A stretch of DNA of 64,000 nucleotides from Botryllus schlosseri (lineage: Eukaryota), in assembly GCA_051294905.1 (NCBI GenBank), contig CM119373.1, forward strand, positions 3,722,001 to 3,786,000. Reading direction: 5' to 3'. The translations under genes and the position numbers were made by a program. Under the pieces are notes generated by a model. The model made no database searches. It was not told where the DNA came from and was given only the letters and a program-made list of their open reading frames with translations. This document shows, one piece after another, positions 13,862 through 32,700 of this stretch. Each line of letters starts with the position of its first letter. Positions within the stretch are counted from its first letter, which is position 1.

Positions 13862-15220
13862 CAGTGTTGGGATCAAGTCAATACCTTCGAGTCACGATTC
13901 ATCTCGAGTCATTGAACATTTTGACTCGCCAAATCAAGTCAAGTCAATCGATTTTCGAAGGTGACTCGAGTTAAGTTAATAAGTCACTCGTTTTTTCCAG
14001 GTGACTCGAGTCAAGTCGAGTCAATAAGTCAAGTCAAGTCACGAGTCAAGTCACGATTCAAGTCAAATTGAATTTTTGAAGTATGAGTGATGATTCATAG
14101 TCATTACATTTTGGTAACTGGGTGATGGACAGATTAACTGGCCATATATCTTGAATCAAATAACGAATAAGTTAAATATACTGAAAAGTTCGCTCACGTA
14201 CACATAGAACTGCGTACCTGCGCATATAGCTGCATGTTACAGTCTGTAATTATCAGCCAAAATAAAGGATCGAATATGAAGCGTCGAGAAGTTGAAACAA
14301 ATTGATATGTGTATACTACCAATTCACACATCCGCGAGAGTATAAAGGCATAAACTATGTTCGTTGCGTAATGTGTAAGCACTGGGCCGTCTAAGGAGCA
14401 ACGATATGTTGCTATTAGATTAATCTACTACTGTTGCGACAACGTATGCTGTGATAGTTTCGTTTGTGGTCAATCTATTTGAGATGCAGCAATGGAGGAT
14501 TACTGAAACGTGCAATCAGTGAATGACTAGTAGCAGAGATGAGCATGGATTAGGATTAGGCTAGGTTTTGAAAAAACAGGATTTGGCAAATTTTGTCGGA
14601 TTTGGATTAGATTTGGATTAGACATTTTTTTTCAGAACGGATTAGGATTTGGATTGGATTTACCTATTTTCTGGGAGATTGAAATGTCGTGTGGCGAATG
14701 GCTACAAACTTTATTCAGATCAGTTATTAATGTACTTATGGTTACTAAGTTATCTTGAATCAAGTGAATCGTTGGTTGTGAAAGAAAATTTTCGAATCCC
14801 TCCATTGCATAAATTCGTATTTTTTCTAAATTTCCAGTTGGAATCGGATTAGGATTGGACATGGACTTGAATAATAATGATAAATGGATTAGGATTTGGA
14901 TTTAGATTTCAAGGTTCGGATTTGGATTGAATTGAGACATCGAAATTTCAAATCCGCTCATCTCTGACTATAGTAGCCCTCACAAGCGCACAATACGAAC
15001 ATCATAAGATAGGGTGATTTAATCGACATAGTTCACTTGATGACTTGAAAATGACTCGTGAATTTTGCTTCGAGTCACGAGTCAATTGACATTTCTGAAG
15101 CGCCGAGTCAAGTCAAGTCAAGTCATATTTGCAAAGTGACTCGAGTCAAGTAAAGTCATACGAAAAAGTTGACTCGAGTCTGACTCGAGGCAAGTCATGA
15201 CTCGAGTCATCCCAACACTG
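13862..15220. mobile_element. hAT-type MITE with GACTCGAGTC/AGTCA subterminal arrays
   Basis: TIR CAGTGTTGGGAT / ATCCCAACACTG; TSD CTGATTAG on both sides; contains nested 14534-14966. Confidence 0.88.
14534..14966 (+). mobile_element. MITE with CAGAGATGAGC TIRs and GGATT subterminal repeats
   Basis: TIR CAGAGATGAGC / GCTCATCTCTG; near-identical inverted copy at 28461-28886. Confidence 0.88.
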
Positions 15221-15550
15221 CTGATTAGGCGGCGTTAACAAGGAGGTTAATATACGACGTATACTCATTACTCATGCACTTTAGGCTTTTAGCAACGAGT
15301 TGACCTTTCTTTGACCTTCGCAGCAGTTCCAGAAAAAAGGATGGCATGCAAAACAGATGAAATTTCGGCATTGTCGTAGAACATTTTACTTTTATTGAAA
15401 AAAGAGGACAATCCACCTATAAGAGGACATCTGGTATCTCTAATGCCAAATCATGTTTGAAGAAAACCGCAATATTCACAAAATATCGATGAGCCATATT
15501 TCTACACGAATTTCGGAGTTTACGCTTCAGCGATCTGAAGTCTGCGTCGG

Positions 15551-15574
15551 CCTCTTTACCGTAAAGCCGTGCGG
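15551..15574 (+). promoter_or_regulatory. RPS14 TCT initiator / 5'TOP non-coding first exon
   Basis: CCTCTTTACC pyrimidine tract, GTGAGC donor at 15575, acceptor TTTGTAG ending 15827 just before the ATG. Typical ribosomal-protein gene layout. Confidence 0.7.
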
Positions 15575-15835
15575 GTGAGCGTACCTTTGCTCTATTCCTC
15601 CTCAATAATCGTAGTTAATCTGCGATACGAGGCGAAATTATGTAGTGGTTTCGAATGAATATGATAGTCCGCTGTATATTCAACATAGCAAGAACCTTAT
15701 AGTATACTGTGGTGATATAGTTGGTGAGATGATAAGCTTCCGCCATAGGAAGTATCGCGAGCGAATGAGAATCATGATATAAATGCGTAAGGACATAATA
15801 GTCAGTAAATATTCTATTATTTTGTAGTTGATAAC

Positions 15836-20463
<4,628 letters not shown>

Positions 20464-20894
20464 TTTTCTTCCGTTTGTGAATATAACAAGCTGATTACTA
20501 CGTTGATTTTTTGTGTCGGGATTCTGGGAGGCATGTAATGTTATGTGGCTTTTGACGGCAAGATTTTGCCGCAAATTCTAGTAAGGCAGAGGTGTACCTA
20601 GTTTACGTAAAAGGCAGTTCTTGCTGTGGTTTTTTTTCTGATAGGACTTCTTGCAAGCGTGGCTTCGCTGCGCAGTGCGCAAACTTGCACACCCACACTT
20701 TACAGGCTACTTGATCTTTCAAAATGCTAGACTAGAGGCAGGTGTCGCTTCAAAGCTCTCAATTAGTACTAGGACTAATTAATTTCAGTTATGGAGCTGC
20801 TCATTTATTTCTGTAATCAGATTAGCTTCGCGCGTGAACATTGACATGAGGGGCTTCGTCCAGGGCTGGCGTTGGGTAGTAACTTCTAATAGTA

Positions 20895-21175
20895 CAGGGT
20901 TACCATACGTCCTCTTTTTAGAGGATATGTCCTCTTCAGAATTTTGGTTAATATAGGTTAAAACCCGACTGAGATACATCGGATCTACATTGAAGAAACG
21001 AAACATTCCAGCGACTATTTTATGAGCTGGGCCGGAAAGCTCACCTTTTTTTTTAGTCAACCGACCACGAGGTGGGAAAAATTTACCATTTCTCGGGATT
21101 TTCCTCCGGCTTTGCAAGTTTTTAAAATTTTGAAAAAGTATCCTCTTTTCAGATTTCCAAAATATGGTAACCCTA
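20895..21175. mobile_element. MITE (AGGGTTACCATA / GTCCTC family)
   Basis: TIR AGGGTTACCATA / TATGGTAACCCT; relatives at ~10452-10883 and 26261-26582. Confidence 0.7.
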
Positions 21176-22397
21176 CCTCATAATAGTAAGCTACCGCATT
21201 GGCATTTCGTCTATCACTGAAATAGGACCAGAAACTGAAGGAAATATGCATATTATGAGCACGAGGCCTTCAGGCTTGTAAAAAGCGAGTTTAACTCGAT
21301 AATGACCCGGGTTGAATTGCAAATGACTCGAATCAAAACTGTAGAAGTAGAACTGGATTATGACTTGGTTACAACCCTGGTTTTGACTGCATGCAACTCT
21401 TTTCATGTGCGGCCAAACTCACTTTTCGAAATCAGCAACTAGTGCTACTAAAAATCAGTAGTTGATCGTAAATTAATCAGCAGATTGGTGGTTTGTACAA
21501 GTCAGTTTGAGGTTATTTTTGAACTTTAGAGGGCATTCGAGGAGAAACACTGATCACGTCTGGGTTTGTGTACCAGAGCATTAAACGGGTTTCGTGCACA
21601 GTATATGAGACTATATGCAATTCAAACACGTTTATATTAGGGTATAGGGTGGCTCAAATTCTGGACATACTTTAGCGCCCACTAGCGGGTTTCGAACACA
21701 TTGCCAGGAAAGAAGCAACATTTTTCATCCCCCTTACCCCCAAATGAACACTGATCTTGGACCAACCATAGGGTAATCGGTGCGACTTCTGGGGCTTAGC
21801 CTCCTACATGCATCTGGTCGTTAAATTTTGTGAATGAATTCAGTCAATAACATTGGTTCTTCCATATATTATACTACTATTAAAATTTTGAGCCTCTCTC
21901 CGACCACATGATCAGAGTTAGCGATCGAGCTGATGGAGGATGATGACTTCGAAAATGCAGGGAGCGTAATTGTACAATGTACATCGTTAAGTCGTGTTCA
22001 AATCACACGGATAGGAGTTTTTCCAGCCTTTTATGGTCGCGACTCCATTTCCAATTTGAAACTGTCCCGTGGCCCAGGTCAAAATTTGATAATAACTGAT
22101 TACTAAAAAAGGTCAGCACCTTAGCCCAGACCTACTCGCCGCCTATTTTGAAGGCCGATTACGTTCAAAATCTTCGAGATCCCCAGAATAAAGGCAAAGT
22201 ACCCTAAGGTTAGAACCACTATCTATGACTAAAGCATCTAAATGGCCTTAACCGAATCCAGGAATTTACCGTAATTCTCCAATGCTTGTGATTAGGCCTA
22301 CAATATAGAATTATTTTAGTAAATGACGGTTATTTTGATTGATTTTAGATTGCACTTTTTGCGAGGACGGTGGTCCCCATAATAAAATCAATACTTG

Positions 22398-22700
22398 AAG
22401 AGCTTCTTATGGAGGTACAGAACTTCAATATACAATTGCAAAGTATATTCAGTTTGAAATGAACCCGAATATTTTCAGCTGACACTCGTCAGGGGTAATC
22501 GTCAGACACTAGTAGTGAAATGGAAAGAACATTGTACATCAACAATCGTATCACGAAATATGCCGTCACCGGCATGAAATTCGAATAATTGGGACGAACA
22601 GAGCGCTTACTATTTTAGGATGGACACAAAATCCTTCTGTGGACACTGGCTTGGTTGGTGTATTTAAATAAAAGTCGACTCCAAGGCACCCAAAACAATA
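22398..22700 (-). mobile_element. Penelope-like family A 3' fragment
   Basis: Reverse complement of 4490-4772, including a hammerhead-like motif at 22463-22496. Confidence 0.8.
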
Positions 22701-22936
22701 TAAGTGGCACTGCATCGCCCCCGGCAAGAAGAAAAATTTCAAGTTGCATAACCCTGCCGAAAATATTTTTTTAAATTTTTTTTTACGAATAAATTTAGAG
22801 CCTAGCCTACTTCAAAGCCTTCAAAATCTCGGGCATTTGGGCATAATTTAGAATTTCCTCGCGGACGCAGTTTGAAGAGTGGAATTATGGACATGTCCGG
22901 AAAATTCCGGACGTATGGCCATTTTGCAACTCTATG

Positions 22937-24228
22937 CAGAGGTGGTCAAAGTAGTCAAGGAAGCTACTCAAGTAGAAGTAGAAGTAGCGACGATAAAATC
23001 TACTCAAGTACGAGTAGTAGAAGTACTTCTTCCATAATCAACCTGAAACTACTTGAAGTAGAAGTAGAATTGACTGACTTTAAAAGTACTCAAGTAAGTA
23101 AGTAGTTGTGAAAACGATCCTAATTCGTTCACATGGATTGTAAAAAGGTGCAAATTGAGCTATGCGAAAGGTGACGAGCTTGATTCATATTGATGCATAC
23201 CAACAGGTATCCAATTTTCGATAGCATAAGCATTCGTCCACATCATGGGATGAAAATTACAGTATTGATATGGCAATGCGATACTAATCCTCTGTTTTCT
23301 CGAACAGCAAGTTTTAGAAAATATCGTGGTATGGAGCCATCCCCCATATTATAAGGCCCGTAGTTTAGTCGAAGAGAAATACGCAGAAGTTGTATAGGAT
23401 ACGGTGTAAACACTTTGCGCGATTAGTAAATGCTGTTAAAAATATGTTGGAACGTAAAAATGCCATATTGTGTAGCTTTATCTCCGGAAATTAAAGGCAT
23501 TACTACACTTGCTTTTATACTTCAACATGTATGTTATCCAGACAAAAGAACTGATATTAATTATAACTCAAAGTATTTGATACTGGGAATTGAAAGGGAA
23601 GCATAAATACATGTATTTTATGCCTTTAGTCCAGAAGGCTTCAAAGGTGGTATGTTAAAACAGCTCTAGCTAAAACTAACAAAAAGAAAGTCAGAGTCCA
23701 CTTTTCCAGGTTAGGACGCGCTATGGACATGCGCGTGGATGCATGGATTACGATATGACAAGTAAATGCTAGATTGCGAAACATCAGTTTCAAACGTTAT
23801 GATGAGCCATATATACTGTGATGAATTATTTCATATGGGCGAAGGGCTACAATGTGGTGTAAACGGAGCCACTCCAACCCGCTACCTAGATTATATTCAT
23901 CGATACTTTCGTGAAATCATACTGGTGACTCCGTATCCACTGCGCGCTATGCGCGAGGAAAATTCTGGACTTTACTCAACTTTTATGAAATGAAATGTTG
24001 ATTATCCGTGAAAACTGCTCTGAAATTCATCAGGCTATCTTCCTGATTTGAAGATTGAAATACTTCTACTTGACAAACTGAAAATAGCGAAAAGTAAGTA
24101 AGTAGATCACAAAACATTACGAAGTAGAAGTAGCGAAAATCAGATCTACTTGAGTAAGTACCAGAAGTAGAGGAAAACTACTTGAGTACTTCGAAAAAGT
24201 AGAAGTACTTCGTTACTGACCACCTCTG
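22937..24228. mobile_element. hAT-type non-autonomous element with AAGTA subterminal arrays
   Basis: TIR CAGAGGTGGTCA / TGACCACCTCTG; TSD ACTCTATG / ACCCTATG; partial relative at ~47687-47870. Confidence 0.85.
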
Positions 24229-25327
24229 ACCCTATGTTAGGGGCCCACAAGTTCCGAATTCAATGGTGCCCTTTCCAATAAGAATGCAGGGATATCTATA
24301 TAGAACTTTTGACTCGAGGCTTCCTTTATCACTTGATTCAATTCTCGTGTATCGGGACCGACACTCGAAGAATAGGTGCATAAACCCTATTTTATCTGTA
24401 TGAATAAACATGTTGGGAAAGAGAAAAATGAATGTATTATGAATAAAACGCCTTCGATATCATCAAAGAGCTTCAAAGAAGTGAGCTCAACTCATCTTGA
24501 TCTCAATAATTCTATGAGGTATGACTATGACTTGGACTCGGCTCGTCGTTCCTCGAGTTGGATTCGGACTTGACGGTGAAGTGAAAATAACTCTACACGA
24601 GTAAAAGCTATAAAATTAAAATAGATTTGTGACTCGGAACCTTGTGACTTGGTTTCACAACCCTTATAGATCAGGTTCCATGCACTCCATGTATCTGTAT
24701 TGGAGTCAATTGTCACTGAAATACGGTGAGAACCACTGTCTCAGAGGGAACAAATTAATTAGGCCTATATATACTACAAAATGAATGTAGGATTACCGGA
24801 TTCAGGATTACCGGACTACGACCTAACATCGACCTCGCCCGCCGCCACATGCCACGTCATTTTGTCGCTTGCGTCTTATATTCTCTGAATTACTTTTGAT
24901 TCAGTGTGCATGCCCCTTCTTTACTTCGCCTAGGCTAAGGTGAGTGTCTGATCTTAAAGGCTACTCCATGTTGTTTCGACACCTTCCTGTCTTTTCATTG
25001 TATCGCAGTCTTGTGATGTTTTGAAACGATGAAAATAATAATAAACCTGATTGATTGATTGTAGTCGTGAAAGCAATATTACTATTGTATTTACATCTAA
25101 GCAGTAAACAGGTTATAAAGACAAGTCTAGGCCGAGGTGGTGTCTGATTAGAAGACTACTTCAAGTCGTTTCTATACCCTCCTAATATCTTTCCAGCAAA
25201 ACACAATTTTGCAGGGGTTTTGAATGGATACAACTATCAATAAATGAATAAATGACACGTTGACAGGCCCGCTTAAACAGAAATTTTGAGAACGCCGAGA
25301 AGTACTCAGCAGATTTTTCTAAATAGA

Positions 25328-25542
25328 GTTTTCGAAGTACAGAACTTGAATATTGCAGAAAACAATACGTTCATATTGTCATATCTATTCCACTGGAAGC
25401 TTTTCGACTGATGGCTCTCTTCAGCAGTGAACGCCAGTAAATGAGGTTAACCAAGTTTGAAATATAGAAAGAATATTGCCGTTGTGACGAAAAGCTTCCA
25501 GTGGAATAAATATGACAATATCAACGTATTGTTTGCTGCAAT
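25328..25542. mobile_element. Short inverted Penelope-like family B copy with intact hammerhead (25389-25431, minus)
   Basis: Minus arm matches 57010-57171 and includes cactg-CTGAAGA-gagccatcagtc-GAAA-agct-TC-cagtg. A short plus arm 25489-25542 starts inside the ribozyme. Confidence 0.8.
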
Positions 25543-26147
25543 AGATAATTCTAGTTTTTCGAATTAGAGAAATGAGAACGAAATACCGGTAATCTGTTTC
25601 TAACCTAATCTGTGAAATGCTTTAATTTTGATTCCAATCTAATTTCTGGTTTTCTTGAAATTGCTACAGAGGAGAACAGTATCGTGCAAAACGAGTCAAG
25701 GTTACTGAGCAGACATTTGCCAGTCTCGTGCTTATGAGCACTCTGATTTGATACGAACTGATATTTGCTGCATTTGTTTTACAAATTTTGAATTAATTTC
25801 AATTTCCAAGTTTTTACGAATTTGAAAAAGCTGAAAATTTTTTAGTTGTCCAATAATCGGAGCATGGACTGAAAACCGCAGTCATATTAACCTCTTAATG
25901 GCCATCGGCACCGCATGTTGTCAAAACGTTTGATTTCGATGTGCTTGCGCCGAAAGAGCGACCACATAGCTCTGCCCCTCATCGCGATATGCACATGCAG
26001 TAGTACCGCGTGGGGCTATATCATACGTGGACCGTGGTGTAGGTGAGTAACATTAACTGGGGTGGATTCACTGACAAATCGTATGGCCTGATTTAGCCTG
26101 AATGAGTATCGATCCAATGTAAGACACCATCTGAACTAGCTCCTGTC

Positions 26148-26652
26148 CAATGTTCCCTCTAAACTGCGCACGTGCGCAATCGCGCAGTGATGACACGGTC
26201 TCTGCGCACAGAAAATCTAAGCTGCGCACAAAAAATCCAAAGTTATGACTTTTTGTTAGTTAGGCTTACAATATTTTGTAAATCGAAAAAGAGGACACTT
26301 TTTCAGAAATTTCAGACTTGCAATGCCGGTCAAGAATTCTCAAAAACCGGTGAATTTTTCCCACTTTGTGATTGGATGACTAAAAAAAAAATACCCGCCG
26401 GAGCTTCACTTCTGTGCTAATTTGCGGCGTATCACTCGCAATTTGCTCTCAATCTGACCAAAATTTTCAAAAAAGAGGACAAAATCTCAAAAAAGAGGAC
26501 AAAAGGGCGTCCTCCGAGGACACTTTCAAAAAAGTCAAAAAAGAGGACAAATCTTCTTAAAAGAGGACGTATGGTAAGCCTATTGTTAGTAGATGCGCAT
26601 TGTTGTCCAAGGGACCGCGCAGTGAATCGCGAAAAAATTAGAGGGAACATCG
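26148..26652. mobile_element. MITE with nested MITE at 26261-26582
   Basis: Outer TIR CAATGTTCCCTCTAA / TTAGAGGGAACATCG; inner TIR TAGGCTTAC / GTAAGCCTA with TSD TTGTTAGT. Confidence 0.8.
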
Positions 26653-26786
26653 CTCCTTCCCTGCATTAACACTTGCATTATACAGTCCGAACCCATGTAT
26701 CACTAATATTGTCAATGATCATTTCCACGAGTTAGTTTCGCTTTATATTTATTATGCAGGCTATTCATGATCGACGAATATCTGAA

Positions 26787-29700
26787 TCAGCACAGTCTGC
26801 ACGATTTGCGGCAATTCCTGGGAACGTACGGGTAATCTCTGCCGTCACAGTACTTCTTCCATTGTGGGCAGTGCTTGTTCTTATCCCGACAATCTGAAAG
26901 CGAAATGTGGAATTAGCGTTTACGATATTGTGTGAAGGCACAGATAGCGCGCTACTGTAGGCTACTACAACTTCGATTGGAATGCATTAAAAAGCAGGCA
27001 TATTTCTATTGCCTACAACCTATATTAGAATTGGCGTAAGAGATAGACATTTTGAGAGCACCAACATTAGATTTCAGATAGTGTTGCCGCAAACGGCCAT
27101 AAGGTGTCGCTAAGACTCCTTCACACTCCCGCCAAGCAAGCGCAGGGGTATCCAGGACTGTCATACCACGTCGCAATTCAGTTTGGTGCACTGCACGACT
27201 GCACGTGCGTCGTGCGTTAGTGGTAGGATATTGTTTTACCTGATGGTATTAGTTTGGTTATTATAGTTCGGTGGTTTCCAAGCTTTTCCCACCCACGTAC
27301 TATTTCGAGGTTTTATGCAGTGCTTGCGTACCACCTACATTAGTTACGCGCTACGAAGGTGGTCAAAAATATTTTCACTGTGTTGAGCTGCCGAAGGCAG
27401 CCAAACAGAAAATAAACTTCCCTTCTAAGGCGCAGCATAAGATTTGTGTTGTGGATCCCTTTGGATTCTTATGGTCAAATATCTTTAAACGGAATTTGGT
27501 TAGGTAAGAATTCCAATGCTTTACGACTAGCTCTCTTCCACGTGGGCCGTCATTGTGGGATTGCCCCTAGCCACGGCGACGACCTTACCACGACGACGAC
27601 GGCTTGAAAATACTCACCGGGACTAATAACTCTCTCCGGTCGAGAAAAAAACAGAATCTACTCGCGTACCACCTGGAAGACCTTCGCGTACCACTATAGT
27701 GGTACGTGTACCACAGGTTGGCAACCACTGTTATAGTTGAATCATAGTGTCCCATATGGTGTCGACACAGGCAAATCTCACGCCTCAGTGAAATTGTATC
27801 ACTTCACAATTTCCATTTGGCTACAGGCAATTTGACGGTCATTTTTGACCGGCTTGCCGAGCATTAAATTTGGTAAAACGGGTATCAATCGAAAGCTGAC
27901 TCTGCACTGATTACGAAAATATAAATTTTATTCCGATCGTGGCCCTAGAACTCCCACAATCAGCCTCAAATTTTCATTGTTATGAAGATTGGCATTGGGA
28001 CGCAACATACACTAAACTACGCTAAACGCGATTAAAATTTGAAAAAAGTTGGTTTAAGTTTAAAAAATCGCTCTATAATTTATGTTCATTCACGAAATAG
28101 TTTTGGGTCCCCTTCAAGCTTTGCCCCGCTCCGATCGGGCGGTTTGTGGTGCGGCAGTTGCGGTCCTTCACAAAATGAATGAATCGAAAACGAATGATCC
28201 CGCAAACTTCGCATTTAGCGAGCCAGCTCGTAGTTGTAGCTCGCATGTCGTCACATGACACGGCTTGAACTTCAAGTCAAATGGAACATGTTCTCAGACG
28301 TTATGCTACTTCACGAAGTGCTGGATGAGTTTAGAATTTGATGTTTAATTTATTTTATCAATGGACAAGCCTTCAACATTTTGCATCTTGAAATTAAGGA
28401 ACAAAATTGTAATATACCTCGCGGACCGGCGGTTGAGAACCACTGATCTACACAAAACACCAGAGATGAGCGGATTTGAAATTTCTATGTCCTAATCCAA
28501 TCCCAATGCGAACCTTCAAATCCAAATCCAAATCCTAATCCATAACTTTTTCATATTCAAGTCCATGTCCAATCCTAATCCGATTCCAACTGGAACTTCA
28601 GAAAAATACTAATTTATGCAATGGAGGGATTCGAAAATTTTCTTTCACAACCAACGATTCACTTGATTCAAGATAACTTAGTAACCATAATTACATTAAT
28701 AACTGATCTGAATAAAGTTTGTCGCCATTCGCCACACGACATTTCAATCTCCCAGAAAATAGGTAAATCCAATCCAAATCCTGAACCGTTCTGAAAAAAA
28801 TGTCTAATCCAAATCCAATCCAAATCCGACAAAATTTCATAAATCCTGTTTTTTCAAAACCGAATCCTAATCCATGCTCATCTCTGCAACACACACGGAA
28901 CAAGTAGGCTACAAATGATTTTCCCTGCCCTGAGAGTGACATTGGTTATATGGTCGTAGTGTGTAAAATCACCTTTGTTTGTTTATATTGAGACGCAATG
29001 GTATTCTCCGAATTTATCTATATGATAATTTGAGCCTGGCCGATTATTATCGGTTCGCCGATAATATTGTGTCGAAATGACGATGAAAGAAATATCGGTA
29101 TCGTCCATTAGAGGTAAACAGATAAGAATTTGAAGTAGGCCCAACGCGTGAAAAAATATAATATAAAACTCTATAAGTGCTCTACGCTTATTCACATACT
29201 TGTTGATGGGCAAACTCCACAGCTTTTCTCGCAGTTCACAAGCATGTACTTTGGGTTACTCGAGCATTCTCCATTGTTCGCCCACGATCGACAGAACGTA
29301 TTCTTGTCGTAGCATTTACGAACCTTCGTTGGTCGACTGCACTTGCCGCAGCTTTTTTTACAGTAGACGTGCATGTATTTTGGGTTTTTGTTACATTCGC
29401 CGTCGGTGGCCCACGAATGACAGTACTTGTGATTATCTGTACAGGAGACGAGAGGTTTGGACGTAGTAGTTCTCGTGGTACGCGTTGTCGTGACAGGAGT
29501 TGTTGTCGTTGTAGTCGTTGAAGTAGTGGTAGTAGTAGTAGTAGTTGGGTTTGTTGTAGTATGCTCTGCCGTGGTTGTTGTCGCAGGAGCCGTAGTTGTC
29601 GTAGCAGCCGTAGTTGTTGTAGCAGCCGTAGTTGTCGTAGGAGCCGTAGTTGTCGTAGTAGGCGCAATCGTTGTTGTCGCGGTTGTAGTAGTAGTAGTAC

Positions 29701-32700
29701 TTGTTAGCTTGTCACATTCGTACATGGCGTTCAGCTGTCTGGCGTCCTCTACGGATAGTCCGTCTCTCTAAAAATTCATTTCATCTGAAATTCACTGGTC
29801 GTATAGATGTAGTGATAGATCCCGCGCTCATCATTTTACTTCCAGCTTTGTGTTATTGCCAAACCGACACATCGCCCCGTTGTTATCACTATACGGAGTA
29901 CTAACTAGACGCGTTATTCGGGACGTAATATCCATCGAAACAGTGTTTCACGTAACACCAGCAAGTGCTTCCCATGAGCACGATACAATTTTATAACCGT
30001 CAAAATAATTTTTTTTTGCCTTTGGAGAGACAGATATTAGGGTTGGAGGTGGGTTAGGGTCAAAGTTGGGGTTAGGGTATTCCAAGATTACGGTTGGGGA
30101 CGGGGTATTAGGGAAGAGGAAGGAGGGCTATTACGGTTGGATGTGGGTTAGGGTCAAAGTTGGGGTTAGGGTATTCCAAGATTAGGGTTGGGGAAGGGGG
30201 ATATTAAGGTTGGGGGAGGGGTATAAGAGTTGGATGCGGGTTAGGGTTAGGGTCAAAGTTGAGTTTGGGGTATCCCAAAATTAGGGTTTGGGAAGGGGAA
30301 TATTAGAGTTGGGGGAGGGGGGTCTTAGAGTTGGATGTGGGTTGGGATTAGGGTTAAAGTTGAGGTTAGGGTTTCCCCAACCCTAATTTCCCCCTCTCCC
30401 CCAACCCTACTCTTGGGATACCCTAACCCCAACTTTGACCCTAACCCACATCCAACCCTAATCTCCCTCGTTTCTCTTCCCTAATACCCCCCTCCCCCAA
30501 CCGTAATCTTGGGATACCCTAACCCCGACTTTGACCCTAACCCACATCCAACACCAATATATCCATTCCACCAACCCTAATATCCGTCTATTCAAATGAA
30601 GAAAAAAATATTTGGACGTTTATAAATTTATATCGTGTTCATGGGGAAACATTTACGGGTGTCATGGGGAACACTGTTTTGATCTCGGGCGTATATCGAA
30701 GAAGCGCCGTAAAATCCATCTAATTAACCGTACAGTGCATGACGAAAGATTCTATACCCTTGACTATTCAATATGGGAAACAGCTTTTGCCGCAATCTCC
30801 GTCTTAGAACTGCCTAAATTACCAAAGAACACGTTTCAGGGGATGGAAAACTAAATTTGAGAACCAGAAAATACTCTTCCGTCACGATTAATGTGAGGTG
30901 TCAGCTGTAAGATATGTTAGGTTGGCCCGTTACCAGAAAATTCGTGCTAGGATAAGTGTCATTGATCAATATATAGCCTTAGAATGTAATTGCGCTTGAG
31001 TAGAAATCTACATGACTACTTCTACTACATATAGTTTCAAGGTTGTTAGAGGTCAAGAACACGGGCGGACAACTTCTCCGGTCGACGGGCCTGAGGTACC
31101 GGGAAATAAAGTACTTGACCGGCCGAATTACAGAATCGACACATTAATCACGTATTTATCCACCTAAACAAAGAATAATTCGTATTTAATGTAAACTTCA
31201 AGTTTAAATCATAGAGACTAAACAGTATTTAAAGAATATATTAACCTATTGCACTTCAATAGCTGTTGAAATCAATCAGACATCTGTGGTCGTTCAAAGC
31301 TGTCTACAAGTTATTCGAACTGTGGTTGCATGTCACATGTACAAACCCTTGGTAAAGACTGCATGTGAACATCAACTATTTGTCCCTTTATCTTTCGCAG
31401 GTTGGCAAACTTGGATTCATTCTGTCACGCATAAAATTTGTCAATACTTTAAGATTTCATTTTCAGAGTAGAAACTGCCTGCGGGCCGTATGTTGCTCGC
31501 CCCATGGCCGAGAATCTTACTAATTTATACTTGATTTGAAAATTTCTACCCCTACAATCATACATGTCTTTGTGTAGAAATCTACGTCACTGCTTCTACT
31601 TCATAGACAACCATCATAAAAGGTCGGTTCTAGAATTAGGTATATCCCAGATCTAATACAAGGTCAAGCCGTTGTTCTAGACTCGATATGATACAGCGTG
31701 TATTACTGGAAATCTACGCAGCGCGATCAGTGCGAACCTGGCCGAGTTGCACTCCAGTTCTTTTTGGTATGATGGTCGCTGCGCCGTTGATGGAAAATGC
31801 AGTCCCGGAATAGTGCATTAGCGAGGCGTAATCGTACGGGGAATTGAAGGACTGGATTGCCGATACCCCTTGTACTTGGAAATTGTGCTGAAGCTCTGCA
31901 ATATCTCAATATATCAAAGAGTGTACGGGGGAGGGGTCCTGCTGACGGCGATACAGAGAGCGAGTCTTCATTTTCACCAAACCGAAATACATAATGAAAA
32001 GGCTTCGACTTGTACAAACTATTGGATTTTCTCAAAATGCCTAACTAGAACTAGAACGGACGGCCTTTAAAGATCGGGACAAACTAACTAAAACAGGTAT
32101 AACTAAGAACTGCAGACACGAATTACTGAATTGCAATTTACCAAAGAAATATTGATGATAGAGTCCGCATGTGCAAGGAGTTCGCGTTTAAAACGGGCGG
32201 GGTTCCGCCCCCCAAAAAACGCCCTGGCTAACTACCGTTAGTAGTGATGAATCTAAGTTAGCAATCGCAGCAAGAATATCGCACAGTGCGCCGATATCAC
32301 GATTACCGCCAAACGAAAACAAGTGGTTTCTAGTTGCTCTACAACTATTTTTTTGCATGCAGGACTAAAACTAGAACTATACTCAAAAAACCTGTATTAG
32401 CCGACCGTCAACCAGATTGGTAGTTTGTACAAATCTGTGAGCACCAGTACGTTTAATTATTCACGCACACATATATATAATTATTTGCATTATCCATCGA
32501 TTCAGCCAATAAATTCTAATTGATCCATCATCGGCATGCTTTGTATTCCCGCTTGCGAAGAATATCTTATCACCATTCGTAACCTAACGATGCCAGCCAT
32601 TCTTCCCGGTGAACATGTAGGTAGAGTGTGGACTTGCCCCATACCAATACAGCTATACCTATGGATGTCTTGTCCTTGAACGCAAACCACGTACTCTAAC

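Noticed and set aside
29192..29200. Astacin stop at 29192 as given by the ORF track
   Set aside because: A|GTATGT donor at 29199 splices in phase to a third-ShK exon at 26893-26787 followed by AATAAA, and the paralogue has the same layout.
29236..29771. Leu/Arg/Gln-rich ORF (29236-29667) and Val-rich ORF (29457-29771)
   Set aside because: Alternative-frame and antisense shadows of the Thr-rich astacin linker exon.
30037..30582. True chromosome end-to-end fusion site
   Set aside because: The repeats are degenerate, higher-order and enclosed by unique inverted arms within an intact gene intron, which fits a foldback element better.
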